Under the pieces are notes generated by a model. The model saw nothing but the letters and a program-made list of their open reading frames with translations, did not search any database and had not been told where the DNA came from. Below are positions 51,795 to 62,969 of a DNA stretch of 64,000 nt, piece after piece. The translations under genes were made by a program, and so were the position numbers. The DNA is from Cyanobacteria bacterium P01_A01_bin.123 (GTDB lineage: Bacteria > Cyanobacteriota > Cyanobacteriia > Phormidesmidales > Phormidesmidaceae), in contig JBCBZT010000002.1 of NCBI GenBank assembly GCA_039815185.1, positions 1-64,000 on the forward strand, given 5' to 3'. Every line of letters begins with the position of its first letter. Within the stretch, counting starts at the first letter, position 1.

Positions 51795-53297
51795 TCAATC
51801 ACCAACGCCGACTGTCTCACCTACAGCATTTTCTCCATAGTCTTGAATGCGACGGTTCAAATTCGAAAAATCAAACACATTGTTTGACCCAAGCCGGGCT
51901 GTAATCGTGTTCCAAAGGCCAACAATCACGCCAGAGACCACAATCGGCACCACAAAAGCCACTAGCAAATCCCCAGCAAACGGCAATGGCGTCCACGGTG
52001 AAAAGTCAGGTTTTGGGAAAAATAAAGCCCCTGCTCCGATCCCCAACAAAGAACTCACAAAAGCCACTGTTCCCGTTAGGCGACGAGAATACAGGCCGTT
52101 AAGCATAGGGATGAGTGCCCCAGCGCAAACTAAATCTGCCAGCAGAAATAGATAAAGCACATTGTAGCCCTGGGCTGCGATCGCGATCGTCGGTAACCCA
52201 ATCACAACTGTCAAAATACGCGATGCCCGCAGCAAGTTACTGGGCTGCATCGTCGGAAACAGGCGGGTTAAATCCAGAGTGAACACACTGGCAATGCCGT
52301 TAAGCAAGGTGTCAATACTGCTCATCACCAGTGCTAGGGCTAAAATCAACACCCCGACTATCATCCATGTGGGTACCGCCAAAGCTTGCAGTAGCGAGAA
52401 AAAAGCCCGATCATCGGCAAACTCAAAGTGCATCGCCACGATACCTAAGAGTCCAGCAATCAACAAAATGGGCACAATCGCCACCGCAGAGGCCAGAAAC
52501 GATCGCCGCACCACCCCATCATTACGGCAGGCATAAATCCGCTGCCAGTTGGATTGGTTGAACATTTCAGCAGAGATCACTGCGATCACTAAGATCAAAC
52601 CAAATTTGAGGCCGGGGCCATTGCCCAAACTCAGCAGTTGGGGCGCGGCATCTTGAACGGGCGCGATCGCAGCTCCCCAACCCCCCAAGGCAATCACCGC
52701 AACGGCAAAGCTCAACAGCAACAGCGGCACGATAATTACAAACTGTACGGCGTCAGTAAAAATCGTCGTGCCCAACCCACCCACAGACGTGTAGGCAAAC
52801 ACCGCTACCATCACCACCAACGCTGTCAGACCCAAAGGCACGTTGCCCATGATTTCTACTGCCTTCGCGATCGCGGTTAGTTCGGCAGCCAGGTAGACAA
52901 ACATGTAAAACACGATAATGCCCAGTACCAAGAGATACATGGCATTACCAAAGCGATAAAACACATATTCGTTTAGCGAATGACCCTTGGGCATGAGATG
53001 GCGGATGCGAATGCCAATTACCGCAAAAATCGCCGCAGGCGTTGCCTGACCCATGCAATATCCCAAAATCCCAGCCACACCACTCGTCGCCCCGACTTCT
53101 GGCGGACTAAACAAAATCCAAGCCCCCATAGCCGATGCCACGATAGTCGCAAAAGCCATCCAGGTACCCACCCGGTTACGACTCACCATGTAGTCTTCTA
53201 AATTGGCCTTTTGCCGACGGGCGTGAAGCAGCCCCACTAACGTAAATATCCCAGCCGTTGCCAGGGTGGCCATCAGCGCGATCGCACCAATTGACAT
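51795..53297 (-). CDS. Na+:solute symporter, probable thiamine or thiamine-precursor transporter (ThiV-like)
   Basis: Multi-TM SSS features (YTSVGG...TDAVQ, WQRIYA, MSSIDT); TPP riboswitch upstream. Confidence 0.8.
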   Translation of the reverse strand: MSIGAIALMATLATAGIFTLVGLLHARRQKANLEDYMVSRNRVGTWMAFATIVASAMGAWILFSPPEVGATSGVAGILGYCMGQATPAAIFAVIGIRIRHLMPKGHSLNEYVFYRFGNAMYLLVLGIIVFYMFVYLAAELTAIAKAVEIMGNVPLGLTALVVMVAVFAYTSVGGLGTTIFTDAVQFVIIVPLLLLSFAVAVIALGGWGAAIAPVQDAAPQLLSLGNGPGLKFGLILVIAVISAEMFNQSNWQRIYACRNDGVVRRSFLASAVAIVPILLIAGLLGIVAMHFEFADDRAFFSLLQALAVPTWMIVGVLILALALVMSSIDTLLNGIASVFTLDLTRLFPTMQPSNLLRASRILTVVIGLPTIAIAAQGYNVLYLFLLADLVCAGALIPMLNGLYSRRLTGTVAFVSSLLGIGAGALFFPKPDFSPWTPLPFAGDLLVAFVVPIVVSGVIVGLWNTITARLGSNNVFDFSNLNRRIQDYGENAVGETVGVGD

Positions 53298-53499
53298 CTC
53301 ACATACCTCTTGCAAAACACACAGCGGTGGCTAGAGGTTGGGTGATCTACAGCAGTCTTAACGTAAAATCACCCTACAAACTGACCCGTTAGCACTGACG
53401 CGATCTCAACCCTTAAAGGATTGAAATCAAAAGCTCCCAACCCTTTAAAAGGTCAGGAGCTAGGATGCGATCGTTCGTCGTTTCGGTTAATCAAACCTA

Positions 53500-53590
53500 A
53501 ATCAACGCTTCCCTCCGCTGGTACTAACCAGGTCAGGTTCTGAGGGTATAATCTCAGCCCGATTTCGTCGGACACCCCTAGCTTAGGACT
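53500..53590 (-). ncRNA. TPP riboswitch
   Basis: Minus strand reads CTAGGGGTGTCC...GGGCTGAGATTATACCCTCAGAACCTGACCTGGTTAGTACCAGCGGAGGGAAG, matching the THI-box consensus. Confidence 0.92.
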
Positions 53591-53726
53591 GATTCTAGCA
53601 CCGTATGGGTAAGGGAAGAGTGGCGTTAATGCTTCGTAAGGGGTGAGGCACAAGGGGGTGGTTTTATCCCTGACCTACCCCTCGCCCCTCACGAAAATAC
53701 CCTCCGCTCATCCCTGGTTAATCAAT

Positions 53727-55640
53727 CTAGCTTTGCAAACTCACCACGGGCTGCGCCACATCAAATGTTGATAGGATTTTCTCAGCCATTTGAGACGGCG
53801 TCAGACCCAGCGCAATTTTTGATTGGTCAGGTTTAGCGTGGTCAACCAGCACATCAGGGACACCCAGACGCAATACGGGGACAGTAATTTGAGCATCGAG
53901 CAGTGACTCTGCGATCGCAGACCCAAAGCCCCCCATCAAACAACCCTCCTCAAAGGTCACCACACGACCGATTTGTTTTGCCAAGGGATGAATCAGGGAT
54001 TCGTCTAGCGGTTTAGCAAATCGGGCATTAACGACTGTGGCTTCGATGCCGTGCTCACTCAAAATTTCAGCCGTTTGCAGGGTGGGATACACCATTGATC
54101 CATAGCCCAGCATCAGCAGATCATCCCCTCGACGCAGAATTTCTGCTTTGCCGATGGGTAGTGGTTCGATACCATCTTCCATCAGAGGCACCCCATAACC
54201 ACTGCCACGGGGATAGCGGACGGCAATCGGACTGTCGGTGTGGTTAATGCCAGTCACCACCATTTGCTGGAGTTCAGCTTCGTCCTTCGGTGCCATCAAG
54301 ACGATATTGGGGATGCAGCGCAAATAGGCGATGTCGTAAAGCCCTTGATGGGTCGGCCCATCAGCTCCCACAATCCCGGCCCGGTCTAAGCAGAAGAACA
54401 CGGGTAGATTTTGAATGCAGACATCATGCACGATCTGATCAAAGCCACGCTGCAAAAAGGTGGAATAGATCGCCGCCACGGGCCGCATGCCCTCGCAAGC
54501 CAATCCAGCAGCCAAGGTCACGGCATGCTGTTCTGCGATACCGACATCGATGTACTGCTTAGGTAGCTTGTCTTGCAGTTTATTGAGGCATGTCCCTGTT
54601 GCCATCGCGGCAGTAATCCCAATGATTTTGGGGTTGTGCTCTGCCAGTTTCACGAGGGTTTCGGCAAAGACCTTAGAGTATTTTGGCGGCACAGGTTTGC
54701 TGGCCGGGGCACCTTTGCCCGTCGCCAGATTAAACGGCGATTGAGCGTGGTAGCCCACTTGGTCTTTCTCGGCCAGACTGTATCCTTTGCCTTTTACCGT
54801 GGCCACATGGACGAGGACGGGGCCGGGGTGCTGGTGCGCTTCCTTGAAGGTAGCCATCAGCTCGGTTAGATTGTGGCCGTCTATTGGCCCCATGTAGGTG
54901 AACCCTAACTCTTCAAAGACTGCCCCGACCTTAGGAACAGCCAGACGCTTCATCCCTTCTTTGACTCGATTCAGCTCTGGGGAAAGAGACTCGCCAACAA
55001 AGGGTAAATGTTTGAACTGCTCTTCTAAGTTCTCTGAAAGAAACTGTACGGGTGGGCTGAGACGCATTTTGTTGAGATAGCGTGGAATTGCCCCTACATT
55101 GGGCGAAATGGACATCTCATTATCATTGAGCACGACCAATAGCTTGGTGTTGGGCAGGTGTCCCGCATGGTTGATCGCTTCTAAGGCCATACCCCCAGTT
55201 AGCGCTCCATCACCAATAATGGCGGCTACTTTGAAATCTTCACCTTTGGCGTCGCGGGCTAAAGCCATCCCTAGTGCAGCAGAAATACTGGTGGAGGCGT
55301 GACCTGCGCCGAAATGATCGAATTTGCTTTCGCAGCGTTTGAGATAACCCGCAACGCCCTGTCGCTGGCGCAGGGTGTGGAAGTCGGGATAACGTCCCGT
55401 AATCAATTTGTGGGGATAAGCTTGGTGACCTACATCCCAAACCACTTTGTCGCGATCGAGATCGAGTGTTTGATACAAAGCCAAGGTCAGCTCAACCACA
55501 CCCAAGCCCGGTCCCAGATGACCTCCGCTTGTCGCGACGGTTTGCAGATGCTTCTCTCGGATTTGGCGAGCGATCTGTTCAAGCTGATGAATGGAAAGGC
55601 CATGCAACTGGTTGGGGTGAGTAATTTCACTCAGGTGCAT
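53727..55640 (-). CDS. dxs: 1-deoxy-D-xylulose-5-phosphate synthase
   Basis: [19 protein letters not shown]...[19 protein letters not shown]. Confidence 0.97.
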   Translation of the reverse strand: MHLSEITHPNQLHGLSIHQLEQIARQIREKHLQTVATSGGHLGPGLGVVELTLALYQTLDLDRDKVVWDVGHQAYPHKLITGRYPDFHTLRQRQGVAGYLKRCESKFDHFGAGHASTSISAALGMALARDAKGEDFKVAAIIGDGALTGGMALEAINHAGHLPNTKLLVVLNDNEMSISPNVGAIPRYLNKMRLSPPVQFLSENLEEQFKHLPFVGESLSPELNRVKEGMKRLAVPKVGAVFEELGFTYMGPIDGHNLTELMATFKEAHQHPGPVLVHVATVKGKGYSLAEKDQVGYHAQSPFNLATGKGAPASKPVPPKYSKVFAETLVKLAEHNPKIIGITAAMATGTCLNKLQDKLPKQYIDVGIAEQHAVTLAAGLACEGMRPVAAIYSTFLQRGFDQIVHDVCIQNLPVFFCLDRAGIVGADGPTHQGLYDIAYLRCIPNIVLMAPKDEAELQQMVVTGINHTDSPIAVRYPRGSGYGVPLMEDGIEPLPIGKAEILRRGDDLLMLGYGSMVYPTLQTAEILSEHGIEATVVNARFAKPLDESLIHPLAKQIGRVVTFEEGCLMGGFGSAIAESLLDAQITVPVLRLGVPDVLVDHAKPDQSKIALGLTPSQMAEKILSTFDVAQPVVSLQS

Positions 55641-55863
55641 ACTGAAATACCCTCTAGACGTATTGTGTGGTAAGTGCCACTGCTTTCACTGTAGTCAAAA
55701 TTGAGTCTCAGGACGCGTAGCTGCTCAGAATATGATGTGGGAGGATAAATATATGGGACTCAGTTTTGCAGTTGTGTTACTTTGGCTTCTGTTAGCGTAG
55801 AACAACGCTTGTTACATTTGATCCATAGTTTTCATTAAGCGATATAAGCCTTAAATTTCTGTC

Positions 55864-56388
55864 ATGGTTAATTGTCGTTTGCGTTCTAATCCTTTCCGGT
55901 TTTCTGTGATACCGTTTGCGATCGCAGGTTTGGCTGCCGCCGCCCTCCCGATCACGGTTCAGGCCCCAGCCCAAGCCAATGATTATGAGAGTTGTGCCCA
56001 AGGCTTAACTGACGTTGGCATTACTGTCGAAGATGCCGCCTATGCCTGTGCCACAGCCCTCCATCCCACTGATGTTTCCACCTGCTTTACCAAGGTGAAT
56101 AATGATGTGGGACTCGATTCGTCAGCCTTACTCTCTGCTTGTCGGCGGGTGCGGCGTCCTGTGGATTTAGCCACCTGCGTTGTAGACATTCACCGCGATC
56201 GCCTGGGTGAAGGGTCACTCGCAGTGCTCGATAATTGCCGCCGTAGCCTGTTGCCCGTGCGCTACTCCGAATGTGTGACTGGGCTGATTGAGGCCACTAC
56301 CCTACCGATAGATGACTCCTTGAGCGAATGTATTGCCGGAGGCTATCGGCCTCGTGACATCGCACCAACGTTTATCCCAGTCGATTGA
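55864..56388 (+). CDS. Exported Cys-repeat hypothetical protein
   Basis: Signal peptide ending AQA; three C-x5-P-x5-C repeats. Confidence 0.75.
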   Translation: MVNCRLRSNPFRFSVIPFAIAGLAAAALPITVQAPAQANDYESCAQGLTDVGITVEDAAYACATALHPTDVSTCFTKVNNDVGLDSSALLSACRRVRRPVDLATCVVDIHRDRLGEGSLAVLDNCRRSLLPVRYSECVTGLIEATTLPIDDSLSECIAGGYRPRDIAPTFIPVD

Positions 56389-56434
56389 TTGAGACAGTGG
56401 ATGTCTAGGGGCAGATTCTAAAGTTCTATTGGGG

Positions 56435-57634
56435 CTACTTAGAGGCGCGGTTCAACAGGTAAATACCTGCGACTAGCCCCAATAGGGTGGGTAACCAAGC
56501 CGCCATAAACGGCGACAGCATCCCTGTTTTGCCAAACGCGTCGGTAATAAACGAAAGCAGATAATAGCCAAAGATAATAACCACGCTGACGCCAAAGCTA
56601 GTGGCTTTCCCTGTGCGTTGAGGTCGTACCCCTAGAGCTGACCCCACAATGCCAAAAACCACACAGACAAAAGGCAACGCATATTTTTGTTGAATTCGCA
56701 CCTGCCAGGTGCGAATTTCTTTCTCGTCACCTCCTTGGCGAATTAAATCTAGGTATTGAGTCGCTTGGGCAATGTTTAACTCGCTGTCACTGCGGGTTCG
56801 AGACGCTAAATCTAGGGGCGTTTTAGGCAGTTGTAGGGCTTGCTGATTGAACCGCACAATGTTGCGGAATGATCCATCTGGGGAGATGACATAGACCGTG
56901 CCGTTTTCAAAGTTCCAGAGGTTTTGCCCCAAATCCCAGGTGGCTGCCTCTGCACTGACAATTTGGTCTAACCCCTGTCGTGAAAAGTCAACAATGGTTA
57001 AACCTTGCATTTCTTCGCCATCGAACTTGCGGGCGTAAAATAACCGTTTGAGTTCTTGGGCACCACTCCCGTCTGAGGCTGGTTGGAATTCCTGATAGAA
57101 AATATTGCGTTCTTGAAAAGGTGGACGTTCTGAATTGAGCGCTTGTTCTAGGGTAATTGCCGCTTGATAATTGGCTGCTGGCGTAATTAACTCATTAAAG
57201 GCAAAAGTCAATCCCGTCACAAATAGACTGAGCACCACCGCTGGTGCAATAATCCGTCGCACGCTCACCCCACAGCCGCGCAGGGCGATTAATTCACTGT
57301 CTCCAGAAAAGCGGCTGTAGGTCATCATGCAGGCCAACAGCGTTGACATCGGAAAGGCCAACACCACAAACTCAGGTAGCTTGAGCAAGAAGATTTGCAA
57401 GGCTAAGGAAGTGGCTAGCCCCGATTCTGTCACCTGGCGAATCAGCTCAAACAGCGCCCCAATCGAAACCCCAATGGATGAAAAAGCGCCGACCCCAAAC
57501 AAAAATGGCAGCGTGAGTTCTCGAGCAATGTAGCGATCCATCACAGACACAGACGGCAGCAATCCACCCAGTAGTGAAAAACGATGGTCGGTTTCAGAGA
57601 CACTAGAAGCCATAGCAGCGTTAACGATATACAA
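56435..57634 (-). CDS. LptF/LptG (YjgP/YjgQ) permease
   Basis: MDRYIAREL, SELIALRGCGVS, FMAAWLP. Confidence 0.9.
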   Translation of the reverse strand: MYIVNAAMASSVSETDHRFSLLGGLLPSVSVMDRYIARELTLPFLFGVGAFSSIGVSIGALFELIRQVTESGLATSLALQIFLLKLPEFVVLAFPMSTLLACMMTYSRFSGDSELIALRGCGVSVRRIIAPAVVLSLFVTGLTFAFNELITPAANYQAAITLEQALNSERPPFQERNIFYQEFQPASDGSGAQELKRLFYARKFDGEEMQGLTIVDFSRQGLDQIVSAEAATWDLGQNLWNFENGTVYVISPDGSFRNIVRFNQQALQLPKTPLDLASRTRSDSELNIAQATQYLDLIRQGGDEKEIRTWQVRIQQKYALPFVCVVFGIVGSALGVRPQRTGKATSFGVSVVIIFGYYLLSFITDAFGKTGMLSPFMAAWLPTLLGLVAGIYLLNRASK

Positions 57635-57663
57635 TCTGTTGCTTAATCAAAGATAGCGTTCCG

Positions 57664-58392
57664 TTACAACTTAAAGCTGTCTCCCAAATAGTGTTCACGC
57701 ACCAGGGGATTGTTGTACAAATCATCGGCATTCCCGGCAGCCAGAATTTGGCCATCGCTCATGATGTAGGCCCGATCGATAATTTGGAGGGTTTCTCGGA
57801 CATTGTGATCGGTAATTAAAATGCCCATATTGCGATCGCGTAGGGTTCCTACAATCTCTTGAATCTCAGCTACGGCGATTGGGTCTACGCCGGCAAAGGG
57901 TTCGTCTAGGAATAAAAATTTGGGGCCATCGGTACCTGCCGCCAGCGATCGCGCTAATTCCGTTCTGCGTCGCTCTCCTCCCGAGACTTGAATTCCCAGA
58001 GTATTGGCTACCTTCTCCAAACGAAAATCTTTGAGCAACTCCTCCAGCCGATCGGGTTGTTCATCGGCCGGAATCTGGGTTTGTTCCATAACCAGTCGAA
58101 TGTTGTCTTTGACAGTGAGATTACGAAAAATGCTGGCTTCTTGGGCCAGGTAACCAATGCCCAACCGGGCCCTTTGGTGCATCGGTAGGGTGGTAATATC
58201 AATTTCGTTGAGGCAAACCTTACCAGTGTCAGGCTTTTCTAGCCCCGTTGCCATGTAAAAAGTTGTGGTTTTTCCAGCGCCATTTGGCCCCAATAGCCCG
58301 ACAATCTCACCCTGGGCCACTGACAAGCTTACCCCTTGAACTACGGTTCGTTTGCCGTAGGTCTTTTGAACGTTATCTACAACGATTTTCAA
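57664..58392 (-). CDS. lptB: LPS export ABC ATPase LptB
   Basis: GPNGAGKTT, SGGERRRTE, DEPFAGVDP, ITDHNVRE. Confidence 0.93.
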   Translation of the reverse strand: MKIVVDNVQKTYGKRTVVQGVSLSVAQGEIVGLLGPNGAGKTTTFYMATGLEKPDTGKVCLNEIDITTLPMHQRARLGIGYLAQEASIFRNLTVKDNIRLVMEQTQIPADEQPDRLEELLKDFRLEKVANTLGIQVSGGERRRTELARSLAAGTDGPKFLFLDEPFAGVDPIAVAEIQEIVGTLRDRNMGILITDHNVRETLQIIDRAYIMSDGQILAAGNADDLYNNPLVREHYLGDSFKL

Positions 58393-58478
58393 AGGGTTGA
58401 TCCGAATGGGAAAAACATCTGCGTCTTTCTCAAATCTTAAAGGCAACGACATTGATTTCGACCAAGGACTCAAAAAAA

Positions 58479-59018
58479 CTACTCTGCATCGGGGTCGGCG
58501 ATCGGATCAAGCTCTAGCGCAGGAGGGGGGCTGGGGATAGGTGCGAGTTCTGGAGACCCGGCAGCATCGCCGCCATTTTCGGGTGCAGGAGTCTCGTCAG
58601 AAGCCGGCACAATGTAAGTCGCTTCGACCTGCTCTTCCGGCTGGGGCAGCGCGACAAAGCGCCCCTCATCAACCAAGTAAGTGACGGTTTCAGCCCTTAG
58701 GGTATTCCCTTCTTGATTGACCACAACGTTGCCGCTTAACACGATCCGCCTTTCATTGCTGTAGTACTGAGCCTGAGCTGCGGTGGCAAAGATCTCTTGC
58801 TCTGGATAGTCAATCTGGACATTGCCGGTGGCAGTCACAATACCTGTATTGGCGTTAGCCTCTTGTACATCAGACCGCAGGGTAATGGTGCCCCCGGAGG
58901 CCTGACCAGAAGGCTGGGCTCCAGCCCGATTAGAGACCAGCCCAACAAATAGGGCACTGGACATGACGATGCTAAAGGCCAAAGGCTGAAAGTATCGACG
59001 AAAGTGAGCAGAGATCAT
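58479..59018 (-). CDS. lptA: LptA/OstA-family protein
   Basis: ATGNVQI, IVLSGNVVVNQEGN; first gene of the lpt operon. Confidence 0.82.
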   Translation of the reverse strand: MISAHFRRYFQPLAFSIVMSSALFVGLVSNRAGAQPSGQASGGTITLRSDVQEANANTGIVTATGNVQIDYPEQEIFATAAQAQYYSNERRIVLSGNVVVNQEGNTLRAETVTYLVDEGRFVALPQPEEQVEATYIVPASDETPAPENGGDAAGSPELAPIPSPPPALELDPIADPDAE

Positions 59019-59350
59019 AAGTATGGTTTGGCCGTTAGCTTTGCCAGCAATCCGTTAACTGCAATTAAGGTACAGCATGACTCAAGCAAGGTACCTTGAT
59101 CGTGCCATAAATTAGGGGGCTAATCAAATTCTTCCAGAAGTTTGGTGTACTTTCCGCGATCGCCCCACTTTCTACATACAATAATCACATTTGATGCGGT
59201 GTGGTGAACGGCACAAAACCTCACCAGGAGTAGATTTGAGGACGGTTATTAACCTAGAAAGTTTCCGCAGCGCAGACTGAGCCCCGAACCGAATCGATAG
59301 TGAGTAGCATAGGAGCGTAAATTGCTTGCTGTTATTCAGGATGCCCAGCT

Positions 59351-60052
59351 ATGGCTCAGCCTATTGATCTCTACTATTGGCCCACCCCTAACGGTTGGAA
59401 AATTAGCATTTTTCTAGAAGAGGCGGCATTACCTTACACGGTTAAGCCCATCAATATTGGTGCGGGTGATCAGTTTGAGCCGGATTTTCTCAAGCTCAAC
59501 CCCAACAATAAGATGCCTGTCATTGTCGATCCAGAGGGCCCAGAGGGGAACCCCATCACATTGTTTGAGTCGGGTGCAATTTTGTTATACCTAGCAGAAA
59601 AGACAGGTCAATTTTTGCCCGAGACAATCTGCGATCGCTACCGGGTAATCCAATGGTTAATGTTTCAAATGGGGGGAATTGGCCCCATGTTGGGACAAGC
59701 CCATCATTTTCGTCAGTATGCGCCAGATCAGATTCCTTACGCCGTTGATCGCTACACCAATGAAGCCACCCGCCTCTATCGTGTGTTAGATAAACAGCTG
59801 GGGGAAACTGAGTTCGTGGCGGGTGACTACTCAATTGCTGACATGGCAATTTTTCCGTGGATTGTGCCTTACGAACGTCAGGGTCAAGACATGGCCAACA
59901 CCCCTAATCTCAAGCGTTGGTTTGACACAATCAACAGTCGGCCAGCGGTACAGCGGGGGCTAGCGGTACTCAAAACCGAGCGTAGCAGTCAAAAAATGGA
60001 CGATAAAGCTCGGGAAGCTTTGTTTGGAAGACGTCAATTAGAGCAGCGGTAA
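59351..60052 (+). CDS. Glutathione S-transferase, YfcG/YghU-like
   Basis: PTPNGWK, FESGAIL, YSIADMAIFPW. Confidence 0.9.
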   Translation: MAQPIDLYYWPTPNGWKISIFLEEAALPYTVKPINIGAGDQFEPDFLKLNPNNKMPVIVDPEGPEGNPITLFESGAILLYLAEKTGQFLPETICDRYRVIQWLMFQMGGIGPMLGQAHHFRQYAPDQIPYAVDRYTNEATRLYRVLDKQLGETEFVAGDYSIADMAIFPWIVPYERQGQDMANTPNLKRWFDTINSRPAVQRGLAVLKTERSSQKMDDKAREALFGRRQLEQR

Positions 60053-60168
60053 GTAGGCCGACCGCAATCCTCAAGGCAGGTCTGATTGTGGCTCCTCCAC
60101 AGTCTTGTGAACAGTTTGATCGTGAGCACGATGTCTGGGATCCCTGACACAAACTAAGGCTTTTCCTT

Positions 60169-60198
60169 AAGACAGTTGCGATGGGAAACTGTCTTTTT
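60169..60198 (+). terminator. Putative intrinsic terminator
   Basis: aagacagtt...aactgtctt followed by a T-run. Confidence 0.5.
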
Positions 60199-60554
60199 CA
60201 TTAGCTATACTTTTAAATAGGTTCTGCGAGTTGTCATTTGAAGCAAAAAACGAAATCTTGTAGCCCAACCACAGCAATCGTTTTGCGCAACCCTAAAGAA
60301 ATGCTGGTGGAAGGTTAAGCGGCAGAGCCGTTAATATTGAGCCAGATCAAATAGTGTTCTCTTTAGAATCCATAGTCTTTGCTAATGATTTTTCTAAGAA
60401 AATTTTGAAAAATCGTTCGGCTATCGCTAGCGTATACAACGGAAAAATCGGTATGATTAGCTACAGAAAGCTTTTTATTTATTGAGCTTTCTGTAACGTT
60501 TTTTTGCTTGATCAGTCCATCTTCCTTCCAGCCGGTCGCTAGACAGGGTGAATT

Positions 60555-60776
60555 ATGTTTCAGACTCTCCGCTTTTCCATTGATATGATCCAAGACGAAG
60601 CCCGCCAACTTGTGCAGCGGGGTGTTGTTAGCCGCCAGCAACCGATCTATACCCTTTGTCAGTACATCCCAGCTCGGGAATGGGAAGGGGTTGAAGCTGC
60701 GCTTGAACGTCAAGGTTTCTTGTTACGCGATCGCATCAGCGATTTAATGGGTCGCGAAGACTGGGAGAATGACTAA
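60555..60776 (+). CDS. DUF4327-family protein
   Basis: IQDEARQLV...SRQQPIYTLCQYIPAREW...W.ND. Confidence 0.85.
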   Translation: MFQTLRFSIDMIQDEARQLVQRGVVSRQQPIYTLCQYIPAREWEGVEAALERQGFLLRDRISDLMGREDWEND

Positions 60777-60830
60777 TTAGGGCTGAATCCCTCCAGTCAT
60801 CTATCAAGTTTGAGAATCGATCAAATCTAG

Positions 60831-61805
60831 CTATTCAAATAGGGTGAGCTGAGAGGGCTGCAAAGGCAGCTTAATCTCAGCCCAGGGGAGTGGCGGTAGA
60901 TCTGCCTCACCCACGACTGCAGCCAGGTCGTTTTGAAAGTGGCGGGCGATCGCAGGTGAACGCGACTCATCTGGACAATGAAAGAAACTGTAGACTTGGG
61001 TGCCTTGCTTGAGCCATTGGGCGATGCGAGGCACCCATTGGTCAAAATAGGGTTGGTTGACGGCCATTGAAGGATGGCCAATATAGCGGACTAGGGTAAA
61101 CGGGGCAGTCACGACGGGTTGTAAGGGCAATCTGGGTTTGCGTCGCTCTGAAGCGATTTGCGGATCTTCAGCACCGTCGTCAACGCAGTCATAAATTGGC
61201 CGCGTATCGAGTAAGACTCGACCCACACCGCGATCGCGCAGTAAGTCATTTAATCGCTCAGCGTGCGGTGGCTTAAACCAGTCAGGGTGGCGAACTTCCA
61301 CTGCGATCGCGCCCTGTTCTTTGGGCCAATGATCGAGAAATGCTTGTAAATCAGAGAATTGGTTTGGCCCATAGCTGGGCGGCAGTTGGGCAAAAAATGG
61401 CCCCAAGCGATCGCCCAAGGGCTGCATTTTGACAAGAAACCTGAGAGCTTCTGGCCAATGGGGCATCAGTTGACCCCCATGGGTGACGCTACGCGGTAGC
61501 TTGAGACAAAACTGAAACCCTGGAATGCTCTCCTGTGCCCAGCGTTTCACCGTGGCGTTATCGGGCACAGAATAAAAGGTGGTGTTGCCTTCAACCGCGG
61601 TCATCCGCTGGCTGTAGAGTTTGAGAAAATCACCGGGACGGCTTTTGGCTGGGTAAAAGTCGCCCACCCAATCTTTATAAGCCCATACGGCACAGCCAAT
61701 ATAAAAAGCGCGATCGCGATAATTCACCGAATAAACCACATCTAATTTGAAAGCTTGTTCGCGCAGCGTCTCCACAGGAGCAATTTTTAGCTTAAGGGAA
61801 AACAA
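60831..61805 (-). CDS. DUF72-family protein; start uncertain
   Basis: IGCAVW, VEGNTTFY, QLPPS, AVEVRH. Confidence 0.88.
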   Translation of the reverse strand: MFSLKLKIAPVETLREQAFKLDVVYSVNYRDRAFYIGCAVWAYKDWVGDFYPAKSRPGDFLKLYSQRMTAVEGNTTFYSVPDNATVKRWAQESIPGFQFCLKLPRSVTHGGQLMPHWPEALRFLVKMQPLGDRLGPFFAQLPPSYGPNQFSDLQAFLDHWPKEQGAIAVEVRHPDWFKPPHAERLNDLLRDRGVGRVLLDTRPIYDCVDDGAEDPQIASERRKPRLPLQPVVTAPFTLVRYIGHPSMAVNQPYFDQWVPRIAQWLKQGTQVYSFFHCPDESRSPAIARHFQNDLAAVVGEADLPPLPWAEIKLPLQPSQLTLFE

Positions 61806-61918
61806 TAGATCTGTATGGGGCCACGGTTTATTTCCCCTGTTCAGCGAGAAAAGTGTAACAATTTTGTCAGAGCCCTGCTCACGCTATAGCCTTTTACCAC
61901 CGCGATCGCTAACTGGTC

Positions 61919-62917
61919 ATGTCCTTTATCCATATCCCCAAACCTTGGCAACTGCCAGAAACCGCCGCTACTTCAGAAACCGCTTTTTTCAATCGGCGCA
62001 AATTTATCAAAACCCTTGCGGGTGCAGGCATTGGTGCTAGTGTGACATCACTAATCGGATGCCAGCGCCAAGCGCAAACCATTGATCCCGAACTGGAAGC
62101 TACGTTAGGGACTGAGTTAAAGTCAGTCCGCACCAATCGAGACTTTACGGCAGATACAGTGAATCGCCCCGTTACTGAGCAGGTGTTTGCCAGTCGTTAT
62201 AACAATTACTACGAATTTGGCAGCACTAAGACCATCTGGAAAAAAGCTCAAGACTTGCCCACCGACGACTGGAAGGTAGAAGTTACAGGCTTGGTCAATA
62301 ACCCCACAACGTATGATCTCGATGATCTCTATAAAAAGTTCCCGCTCGAAGAACGGGTTTATCGCTTTCGCTGCGTCGAAGCTTGGGCTATGGTGGTGCC
62401 TTGGATTGGCTTTCCGATGAAGCGAATTATCGAAGCTGTGGAGCCAACCAGCGACGCTAAGTTTGTGCGATTTATCTCCTTCTATGACGATAAAATTAGC
62501 ACTGGCCCGGCCTGGCCCCCGTCTGCCTATATGCCCTGGCCCTACACCGAAGGGCTAACGATTGAAGAAATGGCCAATGATCTGTCCTTCTTCGCGGTAG
62601 GCCTTTACGGACGCACCTTACCCAAGCAGCACGGTGCCCCCATCCGCATGGTGATGCCGTGGAAATATGGCTTTAAGGGGGCAAAATCGGTGGTCAAAAT
62701 CGAGTTTGTCAACGAACAGCCCGCCACGTTTTGGAATACTCTTGGGCCCAATGAATATGGTTTTATTGCCAACGTTGAACCCGATGTGCCCCATCCCCGC
62801 TGGTCTCAGGCGACAGAGCGGATTGTGGGCGAAGGGGCTAATCCATTTGCTTGGGAACGGCAGGATACGCTGCTTTACAACGGCTATGGGGAGTATGTTG
62901 CCGACCTCTATACATAG
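61919..62917 (+). CDS. msrP: Protein-methionine-sulfoxide reductase catalytic subunit
   Basis: Tat motif RRKFI, YNNYYEFG, FRCVEAW, PWKYGFK, HPRWSQA. Confidence 0.93.
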   Translation: MSFIHIPKPWQLPETAATSETAFFNRRKFIKTLAGAGIGASVTSLIGCQRQAQTIDPELEATLGTELKSVRTNRDFTADTVNRPVTEQVFASRYNNYYEFGSTKTIWKKAQDLPTDDWKVEVTGLVNNPTTYDLDDLYKKFPLEERVYRFRCVEAWAMVVPWIGFPMKRIIEAVEPTSDAKFVRFISFYDDKISTGPAWPPSAYMPWPYTEGLTIEEMANDLSFFAVGLYGRTLPKQHGAPIRMVMPWKYGFKGAKSVVKIEFVNEQPATFWNTLGPNEYGFIANVEPDVPHPRWSQATERIVGEGANPFAWERQDTLLYNGYGEYVADLYT

Positions 62918-62969
62918 CATTGGCCTCTACACATAGTATTGGATTGTCAGTTCTCCTGGCGATCGCAAC

